From: Pseudomonadota bacterium
GTDB taxonomy: Bacteria > Myxococcota > JACRCW01 > JAFGSX01
DNA length: 15,243 nt
Reading direction: 5' to 3'
NCBI GenBank assembly: GCA_043821645.1
Contig: JBDRCO010000079.1
Location: 1 to 15,243, forward strand
A model generated the notes under the pieces. That model did not search any database. It was not told the DNA's origin and saw nothing but the letters and a program-made list of their open reading frames with translations. Made by a program: the position numbers and the translations under genes. This document shows, one piece after another, positions 6,995-15,243 of this stretch (the first letter of the stretch is position 1; each line of letters starts with the position of its first letter).

Positions 6995-7954
6995 ATGATG
7001 GACCTGGAACCCCGGTTTCGCTGGATAGCCCTCGGCGTCGCCGGTGGCCTCGACGAGTCCAACCTGAACGCCTACCTGGTGTCGCGCCTGGGCGGCAGCG
7101 CGTTCGTCGGCCTCGACGCCGGCTGCGTGCACTCGGGTCTGCGCGCCGCCGCGCGCGCCGGTTGCTTCGCGGATCTGCCGGCGCCGTCCCCCGAGGCTGC
7201 GGGGCTGTCGGTCGAGGGGCGGGTCTGCCGCGAGCACATCCAGGCCTGGCTCATCTCGCACGGCTACCTCGACCACGTGCACGGGCTGGCCGAGATCTCG
7301 CCCAGCGACGTGGGCAAGCCCATCTGCAGCCTCGACGGCGTCATCGACGATCTGCGCGATCACCTCTTCAACTGGCGGCTGTGGCCCAACATGGCCGACG
7401 AGGGTGCATCGCCGCGGCTGGGCCAGTACCACTACACCCGGCTGCCCCCGGGCCAGCCCGTCGCCATCGCGGGCACCCCCTTCAGCGTTGAGGCGCATCC
7501 GCTGGCCCACGGTCCCTTCACCGACTCCGCTGCGTTCTTGCTCGAGAGCGAGGGTCACTCGCTCCTCTACATGGGGGACACCGGGCCCGACCTGGTCGAG
7601 GGCCGCAGCACGACGCGGGATCTGTGGCAGCGCATCGCGCCCCTGCTGCGCGCGCGCACCCTGCATGGCCTGTTCATCGAGGCCTCGTACCCGGACAAAC
7701 GTCAGGACGCGCAGCTGTTCTCGCACCTGAGCCCGCGCTGGGTCATGCACGCCCTGCACGAGCTGGCCGCGCTGGTCGATGCGCAGGCCCCGGGCGAGGC
7801 CCTGCGCGGCTTTCCTGTCCTCGTCGTGCACCTCAAGCCCGACCTCGACGGACAGGCCGACGTGCGCGCGCGGATCCGGCAGCAGCTGGCGCAGCGCAAC
7901 GAGCTCGGGGTCAAGCTCGTCTTTCCCGAGCAGGGGCAGCAGGGCCTGCTCTGA
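6995..7954 (+). CDS. cpdP: Class II 3',5'-cyclic-nucleotide phosphodiesterase (metallo-beta-lactamase fold, CpdP-like)
   Basis: LGVAGGLDESNLNAYL, LDAG, ISHGYLDHVHGL (variant of HxHLDH), HLFNWRLWPN, LAHG, GDTGPD, IEASYP, HLSP, HLKP. ATG follows GAGG. Confidence 0.88.
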   Translation: MMDLEPRFRWIALGVAGGLDESNLNAYLVSRLGGSAFVGLDAGCVHSGLRAAARAGCFADLPAPSPEAAGLSVEGRVCREHIQAWLISHGYLDHVHGLAEISPSDVGKPICSLDGVIDDLRDHLFNWRLWPNMADEGASPRLGQYHYTRLPPGQPVAIAGTPFSVEAHPLAHGPFTDSAAFLLESEGHSLLYMGDTGPDLVEGRSTTRDLWQRIAPLLRARTLHGLFIEASYPDKRQDAQLFSHLSPRWVMHALHELAALVDAQAPGEALRGFPVLVVHLKPDLDGQADVRARIRQQLAQRNELGVKLVFPEQGQQGLL

Positions 7955-8202
7955 GCGGGGCGCCGCGGCGGCCCGGCCACGCCCGGAGCCGGGCAGCGGT
8001 CCTCAGCTGTCGCAGGGTAGTCCGCACTCCCACTGTCTGTGGTGGCGCGCGAGGATGTTTTTTTTCTGCACCGCCGGCGGCCTGAAGGACTGCCTCAAGC
8101 AAAACCGCCAAGCTGCTTCAGGCGCTGGTCTTTCGCACGGATCCGCGATCCGTCAAATGCTTTCCCGTCGTCACCGCAGGGTCATCCTCACCCTCACGGC
8201 CG

Positions 8203-8230
8203 TTGACAGCGTTTGGGCGACTGCTATCAC
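8203..8230 (+). promoter_or_regulatory. Candidate sigma70 promoter for dnaE
   Basis: Perfect TTGACA, a 16-nt spacer ending in TGc (extended -10), then TATCAC; 86 nt upstream of the start codon. Confidence 0.45.
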
Positions 8231-8316
8231 ACAAGACCCTTGCCGATGCGTGCCCGCACGTCGCACCAGGACCGCCTGGTTCGGCCGCCCTGCTGTTGTC
8301 CCGAGGGAGGACGCCC

Positions 8317-11300
8317 TTGAGCGCTGACTTCGTTCACCTGCACTTGCACACGCAGTACAGCTTTCTCGACGGCGCCATCCGCATCAAGGACCTGTTTCCC
8401 AAGGTGCACAGCCTGGGGCAGGACGCCGTGGCCATCACCGACCACGGCAACATGTTCGGCGCGGTGGACTTTTACCAGGCGGCCAAGAAGGCCGGGGTCA
8501 AGCCCATCATCGGCATGGAGGCTTACGTCGCCGGCGACAAGGGCCGGCAGGACCGCAGCCTGCGCGAGGCTTACCACCTGGTGCTGCTGGCCGAGAACCA
8601 GCAGGGCTACCAGAACCTGGTGGCGCTGGCGACCCAGGCCTACCTCGAGGGTTTTTACTACGTACCCCGGGTCGACAAGGTGCTGCTTGCCCAGCACGCC
8701 GAGGGCGTGATCGCGCTGTCGGCCTGCCTGTCGGGCGTGGTGGCCAGGCCCTTCCTCAATGGTGAGACCGACCGCGCCGTCGAGGTAGCCAGGCAGTTCA
8801 AGCAGATCTTCGGCCCCGACCACTTCTACCTCGAGGTGCAGGCCAACGGCATGGCCGACCAGCACCGGGTCAATGCCTTCATGGGGCAGCTGGCCCAGGA
8901 CCTCGAGCTGCCCCTCATCGCCACCAACGACTGCCATTATCTCGAGCGCGAGCACCATGAGGCCCAGGACATCCTCATGTGCATTCGCCAGAAGCGCGCG
9001 CTCGACGATCCGCAGCGCCACCGCCACCAGGTGGACGCCTACTACGTGCGCTCGGGCGCCGAGATGCGCGAGCTCATGGGTAGCGACTACGCCCAGGCCT
9101 GCGACAACAGCCTGGCCATCGCCGAGCGCTGCCAGGTCGAGCTCGACGTGGGCAAGGTCTACCTGCCCGCGTTTCCGGTTCCCACGGGCATCGCCGACGA
9201 GAAGGCCTATGTGCGGCACCTGGCCCACGAGGGTCTCGAGCGGCGCTTTGGAGAGATGAAGCACCCGCCCGACCGCGCCGCCTACCTGGCGCGGCTCGAG
9301 CTCGAGCTCGACGTCATCACCGACATGGGCTTCTCGGGTTACTTCCTCATCGTGCAGGACTTCATCAACGAGGCCAAGCGCCGCGGCATCCGCGTCGGCC
9401 CCGGCCGCGGCTCGGGCGCGGGCTCCATCGTGGCCTACGCGCTGCGCATCACCGATATCGACCCCATCCCCTACGCGCTGCTGTTCGAGCGCTTCTTGAA
9501 CCCCGAACGCAAGTCCATGCCCGACTTCGACGTGGACTTCATGCAGGAGCGCCGCGGCGAGATCATCGAGTACGTGGCCGAGCGCTACGGTCGCGAGCAC
9601 GTGGCCCAGATCGCCACCTACTCGGCGCTCAACGCCAAGAGTGTGATCAAGGACGTGGCGCGGACCCTGGGCGTGCCCTTTGCCGAAGTCAACGAGATCA
9701 CCAAGCTGATCCCGAACATGATCGACGGCAAGAAGGTGTCGCTGGAGAAGGCCCTGGAGCTGGAGCCCAGGCTCACCGCGATCCAGAAGCAGAACCCGGT
9801 CTACCACCGCATCATCGAGACCGCCAAGGTGCTCGAGGGCCTGTACCGCCAGGCCGGCATGCACGCCGCGGGTGTGGTCATCGGCGACAAGCCGCTGACG
9901 GCTTACGCGCCGCTGTTCAAGGGCGCCCATGGCGAGCTGGTGACGCAGTTCGACAAGGACAAGGTCGAGGCCGTCGGCCTGGTCAAGTTCGACTTTTTGG
10001 GGCTCAAGACCCTGGACGTCATCGACGCTGCCGAGCGCCACGTCAACGCGCGCATCGACGGCGAGAACAAGCTCGTCGGCGAGGCCCTACAGGCCGCTGC
10101 GGCGCTTCACCCGCATGCCGCGGAGCGACAGCCGGGCCAGCCCATCCCGCACCTGGACTGCAGCCTGCTCGCCTACGACGACCCTCGGGTCTACGAGCTG
10201 ATGACCTCGGGCGAGACCCTGGGCGTGTTCCAGCTCGAGAGCACGGGCTTTCAGGACCTGATGAAGCGCATCAAGCCCGACGGCTTCGAGGACGTCGTGG
10301 CCTCGGTGGCGCTGTATCGACCCGGTCCCATCCAGGCGGGCATGGTCGACGACTACGTGAACCGCAAGCACGGCAAGGCCAAGGTCGCCTACCCGCACCC
10401 GTCGCTGGAAGAGGTGCTCAAGCCCACCTACGGCACCATCCTGTATCAGGAACAGGTGATGCAGATCGCCCAGGTGCTGGCGGGCTACTCGCTCGGCTCT
10501 GCCGACATCCTGCGCCGCGCCATGGGCAAGAAGAAGCTCGAGGTCATGGCGCAGCAGCGCCAGGGTTTCGTCGACGGCGCCGTGCACAATGGCGTTGACG
10601 CCCAGGTGGCGGGCGACATCTTCGACCTGGTCGAGAAGTTCGCAGGCTACGGTTTCAACAAATCACACTCGGCAGCCTACGCCGCCATCACCTACCAGAC
10701 GGGCTACCTCAAGGCCTGCTATCCGGCCGAGTTCCTGGCCGCCATGCTGACGACGGAGGCGGGCTCCACCGACGACGTGGTCAAGTACGTGGCCGAGGCC
10801 AAGCGCCTGCATATCCCGGTGCTGCAGCCTGACATCAACGCCTCGCGGCGCAGCTTCGCGGTCGAACGCGACGAGCGCGGCATGGCGCGCATCCGCTTCG
10901 GCCTGTCCGCGGTCAAGGGCCTGGGCTATGCGGCGCTCGACGCCATCATCGATGAGCGCGACGCCAGCGGGGCCTACAAGAGCCTGTTCGAGCTGTGTGA
11001 GCGCGTGCCTCCGTCCAAGATCAACAAGGCCGTGCTCGAGGCCCTGGTGCGCTCCGGGGCCATGGATTGCCTGGGCCGGGCGCGGGCGCAGCTCGAGCTG
11101 GCCATCGAGCGCGCCATCGACTCAGCGGCGCCCCTGCACAAGGCCCGGGACATGGGCCAGGCCACCCTGTTTGACCTGTTCTCCGGCGGCAACGGCCAGG
11201 GCACGAACAACGGCGGCGCGACCGTCGACAGCTCGGTCAACACCGAGCGCTACGATGACCTCGAGGAGTGGCCCGAGCGCGAGCGCCTGGCGCACGAGAA

Positions 11301-11919
11301 GCACGCGCTCGGTTTCTACATCACCGGCCATCCTCTCGACGGCTACCGCGACGATCTACCGCGGCTGTGCAGCATGCAGGCGATCTCCCTCGAGGGTCGC
11401 GCCCACGACGCCGAGGTCAGCGTGGCGGGCGTGGTCACGCGCATCGACGAGCGCGTCAAGAAGGACGGCGGCGGCCGCTGGGCCACCCTGACCATCGAGG
11501 ACCTCTCCGGCACCCTGGCGGTGCAGGTCTTCACCAAGGTCTACGGTCAGGCCGAGGCGCTGATCAAGAGCGAGCAGCCGATCTGGATCAAGGGTCGAGT
11601 GCAGGTCGACGAGGACAGCGGCGACAAGCGCCTGCGCGCCGAGGATGTGCTCCCCCTGGCCAGCGTCCGCGCCGAACGCACCCGCGCTGTGGTACTGCGC
11701 TTGCCCGGCCAGCTCAGCGACGCCCAGGCCCTGCTGCTCAAGCTGCGCGACGTGCTCCGGCGCTACCAGGGCAACATCCCCGTGCGCATGCAGGTCGAGC
11801 GTCCCGGCCACAGTACCACCCTGCTCGCGGTGGGCTCGGACCTCTTCGTCAAGCCCGACGACGAGCTGCAGCACGACCTGTGTCGCCTGCTGGGCAAGGG
11901 CGCGGTGGTCTTCGAGTAA
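8317..11919 (+). CDS. dnaE: DNA polymerase III subunit alpha (replicative DnaE1 type)
   Basis: TTG at 8317 follows GGAGG. PHP domain: HLHLHTQYSFLDG, TDHGN, GMEAY, TNDCHY. Polymerase core: GPGRGSGAGS, FERFLNPER, PDFDVD, KFDFLGL, YGFNKSHS. Clamp-binding-like QATLF, OB fold and C-terminal domain are present. 1200 aa, uninterrupted. Confidence 0.98.
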   Translation: MSADFVHLHLHTQYSFLDGAIRIKDLFPKVHSLGQDAVAITDHGNMFGAVDFYQAAKKAGVKPIIGMEAYVAGDKGRQDRSLREAYHLVLLAENQQGYQNLVALATQAYLEGFYYVPRVDKVLLAQHAEGVIALSACLSGVVARPFLNGETDRAVEVARQFKQIFGPDHFYLEVQANGMADQHRVNAFMGQLAQDLELPLIATNDCHYLEREHHEAQDILMCIRQKRALDDPQRHRHQVDAYYVRSGAEMRELMGSDYAQACDNSLAIAERCQVELDVGKVYLPAFPVPTGIADEKAYVRHLAHEGLERRFGEMKHPPDRAAYLARLELELDVITDMGFSGYFLIVQDFINEAKRRGIRVGPGRGSGAGSIVAYALRITDIDPIPYALLFERFLNPERKSMPDFDVDFMQERRGEIIEYVAERYGREHVAQIATYSALNAKSVIKDVARTLGVPFAEVNEITKLIPNMIDGKKVSLEKALELEPRLTAIQKQNPVYHRIIETAKVLEGLYRQAGMHAAGVVIGDKPLTAYAPLFKGAHGELVTQFDKDKVEAVGLVKFDFLGLKTLDVIDAAERHVNARIDGENKLVGEALQAAAALHPHAAERQPGQPIPHLDCSLLAYDDPRVYELMTSGETLGVFQLESTGFQDLMKRIKPDGFEDVVASVALYRPGPIQAGMVDDYVNRKHGKAKVAYPHPSLEEVLKPTYGTILYQEQVMQIAQVLAGYSLGSADILRRAMGKKKLEVMAQQRQGFVDGAVHNGVDAQVAGDIFDLVEKFAGYGFNKSHSAAYAAITYQTGYLKACYPAEFLAAMLTTEAGSTDDVVKYVAEAKRLHIPVLQPDINASRRSFAVERDERGMARIRFGLSAVKGLGYAALDAIIDERDASGAYKSLFELCERVPPSKINKAVLEALVRSGAMDCLGRARAQLELAIERAIDSAAPLHKARDMGQATLFDLFSGGNGQGTNNGGATVDSSVNTERYDDLEEWPERERLAHEKHALGFYITGHPLDGYRDDLPRLCSMQAISLEGRAHDAEVSVAGVVTRIDERVKKDGGGRWATLTIEDLSGTLAVQVFTKVYGQAEALIKSEQPIWIKGRVQVDEDSGDKRLRAEDVLPLASVRAERTRAVVLRLPGQLSDAQALLLKLRDVLRRYQGNIPVRMQVERPGHSTTLLAVGSDLFVKPDDELQHDLCRLLGKGAVVFE

Positions 11920-11926
11920 TTCTCGC

Positions 11927-13600
11927 TCAGGGCTCGAACCAGATCGGTGCCGACACCAGCTGATCGCCGTCGCTCTGCATGGCCAGGGCGACGAAGAAGG
12001 TCGCGGCGTCGACGCGGCGCGAAAAGGTCGCGGTGCAGGGGTTGTCGCCGTTGCAGGCGCGGGAGGCCAGCTCCCCGCCGTCGGGCCCGAACAGCATGAT
12101 GCGCCTGAAACCGTCGTTCGCCTGCCGGTCGCGGGCCACCACCTTGAGCTCGGTGCGGCCGAGGCCGTGCAGCACCGAACCCATGAAGCACACGTCGTCC
12201 GCGATGAGCTTGATGGTGGCGGTGTCGTCGAAGGCGGCGAAGGTCCGGCGCTGGCGCACGGCCTGGCGCAGGGCGGTGCGCGACAGCTCGGTGGCCCACA
12301 GCCCGGTGGCGCGGTGCGAGTCCCCCCAGTTGCGGCTGTGGTTGTCCTCGTTGGAGGTGGGCGAGGCCAGCCAGCCTTTTTGCAGGGCACCGAAGTAGGC
12401 CGCCCACTTGTCGTCCCAGGCGCCGCCTCCGCTGAGCTCCATCAGCCGCATGGCGCCGTCGCCGGAGGCGTGGTGTGCGTAGTCGCGAAAGGTCCCTGGC
12501 CACGGCGGGTGGTTCCACTGTCCCGCGCAGGGGCTGCACTCGGCGAGCGCCGCGTACAGCGCGGGCAGGCCCACGGGCTTGGCGATGAGGGCACCTGTGA
12601 AAAGCAGGTTGAGGTGGCCGAGCTTGGTCCCGGCGGTGGAGAAGATGCACATCTCGTAGCCGCAGCCGGCGACGAAGCTGCCACTGGCGTTGGCGGTGTC
12701 GGCCTGGTTGCGACAGGCGCTCCACTCGGCGCTCGTCAGCTGCTCGCGGTGATCGGTGATCCACATGAAGTCGAGGCCGGCGCCCCGTGCGTGGGCAAAG
12801 GCCTGGCCCGGGGTGGCCTGACCGTCGGAGTAGCTGGTGTGCGCGTGGAGGTTGCCGAAGTAGGCGTGAAAGTCGCCCTGGATGCAGCCGCTGCGCGGGG
12901 GGCAGGCCCCGCAGTCGGCGGTGCAGCTGGTGCAGGTCTCGGTCTCGGGGTCGCACTCGCCGTCGCCGCAGACCTCGCAGGCACCGCAGTCCTCGGCGCA
13001 GGACGTGCAGTCCTCGCCGTCGGCGGCCGTGCAAGTACCGTCGCCGCAGGGATCACAGGCGCCGCAGTCCAGTGAACAGGAGGCACAGTCCTCGGCGCTG
13101 GCGCCGTCGCACAGTCCGTCACCGCAGCCCGCGCAGCCGCTGCAGTCCTCGGCACAGCTCGAGCAATCCTCGCCCGCCGCCTGAACGCAGCTGCCGTTGC
13201 CACAGATCTCGCAGGCGCCGCAGTCCTCGGGACAGTCCTCGCAGCTCTCGACGCCCGCCGCGCAGGTGCCGTCGCCGCAGACGCCACAGGCGCCGCAGTC
13301 CCTGGGGCAGGACTCGCAGGTCTCGCTGTCCGGGGCGCAGATGCCATCCCCGCAGCTGTCGCAGGCGCCACAGTCCTCGGGGCAGGACGCGCAGTCCTCG
13401 GCATCGACGCTGCAGCGACCGTCGCCGCAGGCATCGCAGGGGCCGCAGTCCTGTGGACAGAGCTCGCACTGCTCACCATCGGCGAGCGCGCAGATCCCGT
13501 CGCCACAGGTGGCGGCAGGAGCGGCCATCGTGGTCGTGCCGGCGGGATTGGTGCAGCCGGCCAGGGCAAGGAGCACGGCGATGGAGGTGGTTCGACCCAT
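11927..13600 (-). CDS. Lipoprotein with eight Cys-rich repeats and a C-terminal PHP-like (CehA/McbA-type) metallohydrolase domain
   Basis: Lipobox LALAG-C16, then CGDGxC repeats. PHP metal-ligand motifs: GNLHAHTSYSDG, ITDH, GYE, GHLN, NHP, NEDNH. A beta-rich tail ends in VSAPIW. Confidence 0.88.
   Translation of the reverse strand: MGRTTSIAVLLALAGCTNPAGTTTMAAPAATCGDGICALADGEQCELCPQDCGPCDACGDGRCSVDAEDCASCPEDCGACDSCGDGICAPDSETCESCPRDCGACGVCGDGTCAAGVESCEDCPEDCGACEICGNGSCVQAAGEDCSSCAEDCSGCAGCGDGLCDGASAEDCASCSLDCGACDPCGDGTCTAADGEDCTSCAEDCGACEVCGDGECDPETETCTSCTADCGACPPRSGCIQGDFHAYFGNLHAHTSYSDGQATPGQAFAHARGAGLDFMWITDHREQLTSAEWSACRNQADTANASGSFVAGCGYEMCIFSTAGTKLGHLNLLFTGALIAKPVGLPALYAALAECSPCAGQWNHPPWPGTFRDYAHHASGDGAMRLMELSGGGAWDDKWAAYFGALQKGWLASPTSNEDNHSRNWGDSHRATGLWATELSRTALRQAVRQRRTFAAFDDTATIKLIADDVCFMGSVLHGLGRTELKVVARDRQANDGFRRIMLFGPDGGELASRACNGDNPCTATFSRRVDAATFFVALAMQSDGDQLVSAPIWFEP
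12896..13507 (-). repeat. Eight tandem 75-78 bp coding repeats (25-26 aa, 6 Cys each)
   Basis: Consensus CGDGxC-x4/5-ExCxxCxxDCGxC, counted eight times in residues 32-235. Confidence 0.95.
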
Positions 13601-13774
13601 GGGACGACGGTAGCAGGCAGCGCTCCGCGCGGAATCCGACGTCTGTCCTATACCGCGAAGCGCCGCGCACTGTTGTCGGTCTGGCGCGCCGGCGATTCGG
13701 TTTGGCGGGTGCCGTCGCCTTCCCCTCCACCTCCGGAAAGCGGCTCGCCTCTCTCACGCTGGGTGTTTGGCGTG

Positions 13775-13803
13775 TTGGAATTCTCCTGGCGAGTTGCTAG
13801 CCT
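13775..13803 (+). promoter_or_regulatory. Candidate sigma70-type promoter for the right-hand operon
   Basis: TTGGAA-N17-TAGCCT with TG extension, 26 nt upstream of the ATG at 13830. Confidence 0.35.
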
Positions 13804-13829
13804 GCCATCGCATAAAGAGGTGGGGGGAC

Positions 13830-14591
13830 ATGCACAGACCGCCAATCGCGATCCTGGTCGTCCTGTCTGGTGCGCTTCAGGTCACGACGTTGCGTGCGCA
13901 GACCCCCATCACGCGCATCGTGGTGCTGCCGGTGGTGGTCTCCGCTGGTGTGGACCCGGCCAAGGGCCCGCTGCTCGACGACATGCTGCTGACCGCGCTG
14001 ACCCGGCGCACGCCAGCGCAGATCCAGGTCGTGGGCTCCAAGGACGTGGTCAGCGTGCTCGGCCACGAGGAGCAGAAGCAGCTGCTCGGCTGCAGCGATC
14101 AGTCCTGCCTGGCCGAGATCGGTAGCGCCCTGGGCGCCAGCCACATCCTGAGCGCCACCGTCGGCCGCATCGGCGAGAAGATCGTGGTCAGCGGCACCCT
14201 GCTCGACGTGAGCAATGCCACGGCGGTGCACCGTGAGACCCTGTACCTGGGAGAAACCGAGGAGGAGCTCATCGAGGCCATGACCACGCTGTCGGACAAG
14301 ATGGCGGCGTCACCGGGCTGGCGCGCCGGCGTGACCAGCTCGGGCACCGTGGATCCCCAGAGCTCTCCGCTGCTCTGGGGCGGCGTGGCCCTGGCCGGGG
14401 TGGGGTTATTGACTGCCACCGGTCTGGGCGCGGCCACGGCCGTCATCAATGGCAACCTCGACCAGCGCAGCGCCGACTACAAGAGCCAGTCCCTGCTGGG
14501 CCTGGGCACCCTGGCCGGCGCCAGCATGGGCGGCGTGGCGCTGCTGGCGGGTATGGCCCTGGTGGCGGTGCCGCTGCTCATGACCGAGTAG
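13830..14591 (+). CDS. Exported hypothetical protein with a CsgG/TolB-N-like alpha/beta domain and two C-terminal Gly-rich hydrophobic helices
   Basis: Signal-peptide-like N-terminus; RIVVLPV...LLGCSDQSCLAEIGSALGASHILSATVGRIG...LLDV; hydrophobic LLWGGVALAGVG and GGVALLAGMALV. ATG follows a G-rich RBS. The fold assignment is from recall of similar myxobacterial proteins. Confidence 0.75.
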   Translation: MHRPPIAILVVLSGALQVTTLRAQTPITRIVVLPVVVSAGVDPAKGPLLDDMLLTALTRRTPAQIQVVGSKDVVSVLGHEEQKQLLGCSDQSCLAEIGSALGASHILSATVGRIGEKIVVSGTLLDVSNATAVHRETLYLGETEEELIEAMTTLSDKMAASPGWRAGVTSSGTVDPQSSPLLWGGVALAGVGLLTATGLGAATAVINGNLDQRSADYKSQSLLGLGTLAGASMGGVALLAGMALVAVPLLMTE

Positions 14592-14623
14592 CGGGGCGTG
14601 CAGATCGAGATCGGGGGCCATTC

Positions 14624-15243
14624 ATGAAGCGACTGCTGTGCTTGATGCCAGTGCTGGCCCTGCTCGCCGCAGGTTGCGAGATCTTCGCGGGGTTGATGGC
14701 CCCCGAGGTCTGCACCGCGGACCAGGTCGAGGCCTGTGCCTGCGCCAACGGTCGATCCGGCACGCGCCTGTGCTGGGCCAGCGGCACCGGCTGGGACGAC
14801 TGCCAGTGCAGCGCGGCCACGGATGCGGGGGGCGAGGACGGCCACCCGCCGGCCGACGCGGCAAGGCCCGATCAGGACCAGCGCGATGGTGGGCAGCAGG
14901 ACGCCATGACCGCTTCCGATACGCTCGTCACAGAGGACGGCACGGTGGCCAGCGATGCCACCGCCGGCGAGGATGCTCTGCCGGCGAGCGATGCCACCGC
15001 CGGCGTGGATACTCTGCCGTCGAGCGATGCGACGACGGGATCGGACACCACGGTCTTTGTTGACGCGCAGGTCGACGACGGTCGCCTGGACGACGCGATG
15101 CAGCCCGACACAACGCTGCCGGACACCGTCTACGCCGACGCGAGCCAGCCTGACACCGCGCTCCCCGACACTGTCTACGTCGACTCTGCGCTCCCCGACC
15201 AGGCGCAGCCCGACACCGCGGCCACCTGTGGCAATTCGCAGGT
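14624..15243 (+). CDS. Cys-rich lipoprotein with Asp/Ala/Thr-rich repeat linker; 3' end outside the window
   Basis: Translated by hand (not in the ORF track): MKRLLCLMPVLALLAAG-C lipobox, a 6-Cys module CTADQVEACACANGRSGTRLCWASGTGWDDCQC, an acidic linker, then TCGNSQ at the edge. Confidence 0.85.
   Translation, partial: MKRLLCLMPVLALLAAGCEIFAGLMAPEVCTADQVEACACANGRSGTRLCWASGTGWDDCQCSAATDAGGEDGHPPADAARPDQDQRDGGQQDAMTASDTLVTEDGTVASDATAGEDALPASDATAGVDTLPSSDATTGSDTTVFVDAQVDDGRLDDAMQPDTTLPDTVYADASQPDTALPDTVYVDSALPDQAQPDTAATCGNSQ
14951..15046 (+). repeat. 36-bp coding tandem repeat (two full copies plus a partial third)
   Basis: Units start at 14951, 14987 and 15023 (AGCGATGC...) and encode SDATAGEDALPA / SDATAGVDTLPS / SDATTGSD. 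Confidence 0.85.
15101..15220 (+). repeat. 15-bp period coding repeat within a 45-bp super-unit
   Basis: Encodes QPDTT LPDTV YADAS QPDTA LPDTV YVDSA LPDQA QPDTA. Confidence 0.85.

Noticed and set aside
8227..10041. 604-aa minus-strand ORF
   Set aside because: Antisense shadow of dnaE.
8317..11919. Error-prone DnaE2/ImuC, or an intein-containing or split DnaE
   Set aside because: No imuA or imuB neighbours. The protein has a clamp-binding-like motif and C-terminal domain, is of normal length and shows no intein motifs.
11645..13800. Several overlapping long ORFs (11645-13075, 11763-13034, 12787-13800)
   Set aside because: Alternative-frame or antisense products of the repetitive lipoprotein gene.
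14951..15046. 36-bp repeats as a CRISPR array
   Set aside because: The copies abut with no spacers, lie in frame inside a CDS, and no cas genes are present.

Overview
High-GC (roughly 70%) bacterial chromosomal window. The gene content (Hanks-type kinase fold, PilZ/J-like fusion, Cys-rich lipoproteins) suggests Myxococcota or a related deltaproteobacterial lineage; this is an inference. Left arm, minus strand: three co-oriented signalling genes. They encode an atypical receiver fused to a degenerate GGDEF domain, a PilZ protein with a J-like region, and a Ser/Thr pseudokinase with a zinc ribbon. The pseudokinase runs off the left edge and is missing from the ORF track. Next come queF with an uncharacterised multi-pass membrane protein, a peptidoglycan hydrolase (4 PG-binding domains plus NlpC/P60/CHAP-like domain), a class II cyclic-nucleotide phosphodiesterase, and dnaE (Pol III alpha). 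On the right are a Cys-repeat lipoprotein with a PHP-like metallohydrolase domain and two exported proteins, the last truncated by the window edge. I saw no rRNA, tRNA, CRISPR array or mobile element. The best candidate for something undescribed is the left cluster: its catalytic motifs are degenerate but its c-di-GMP-binding motifs are intact. The second candidate is the queF-linked membrane protein.
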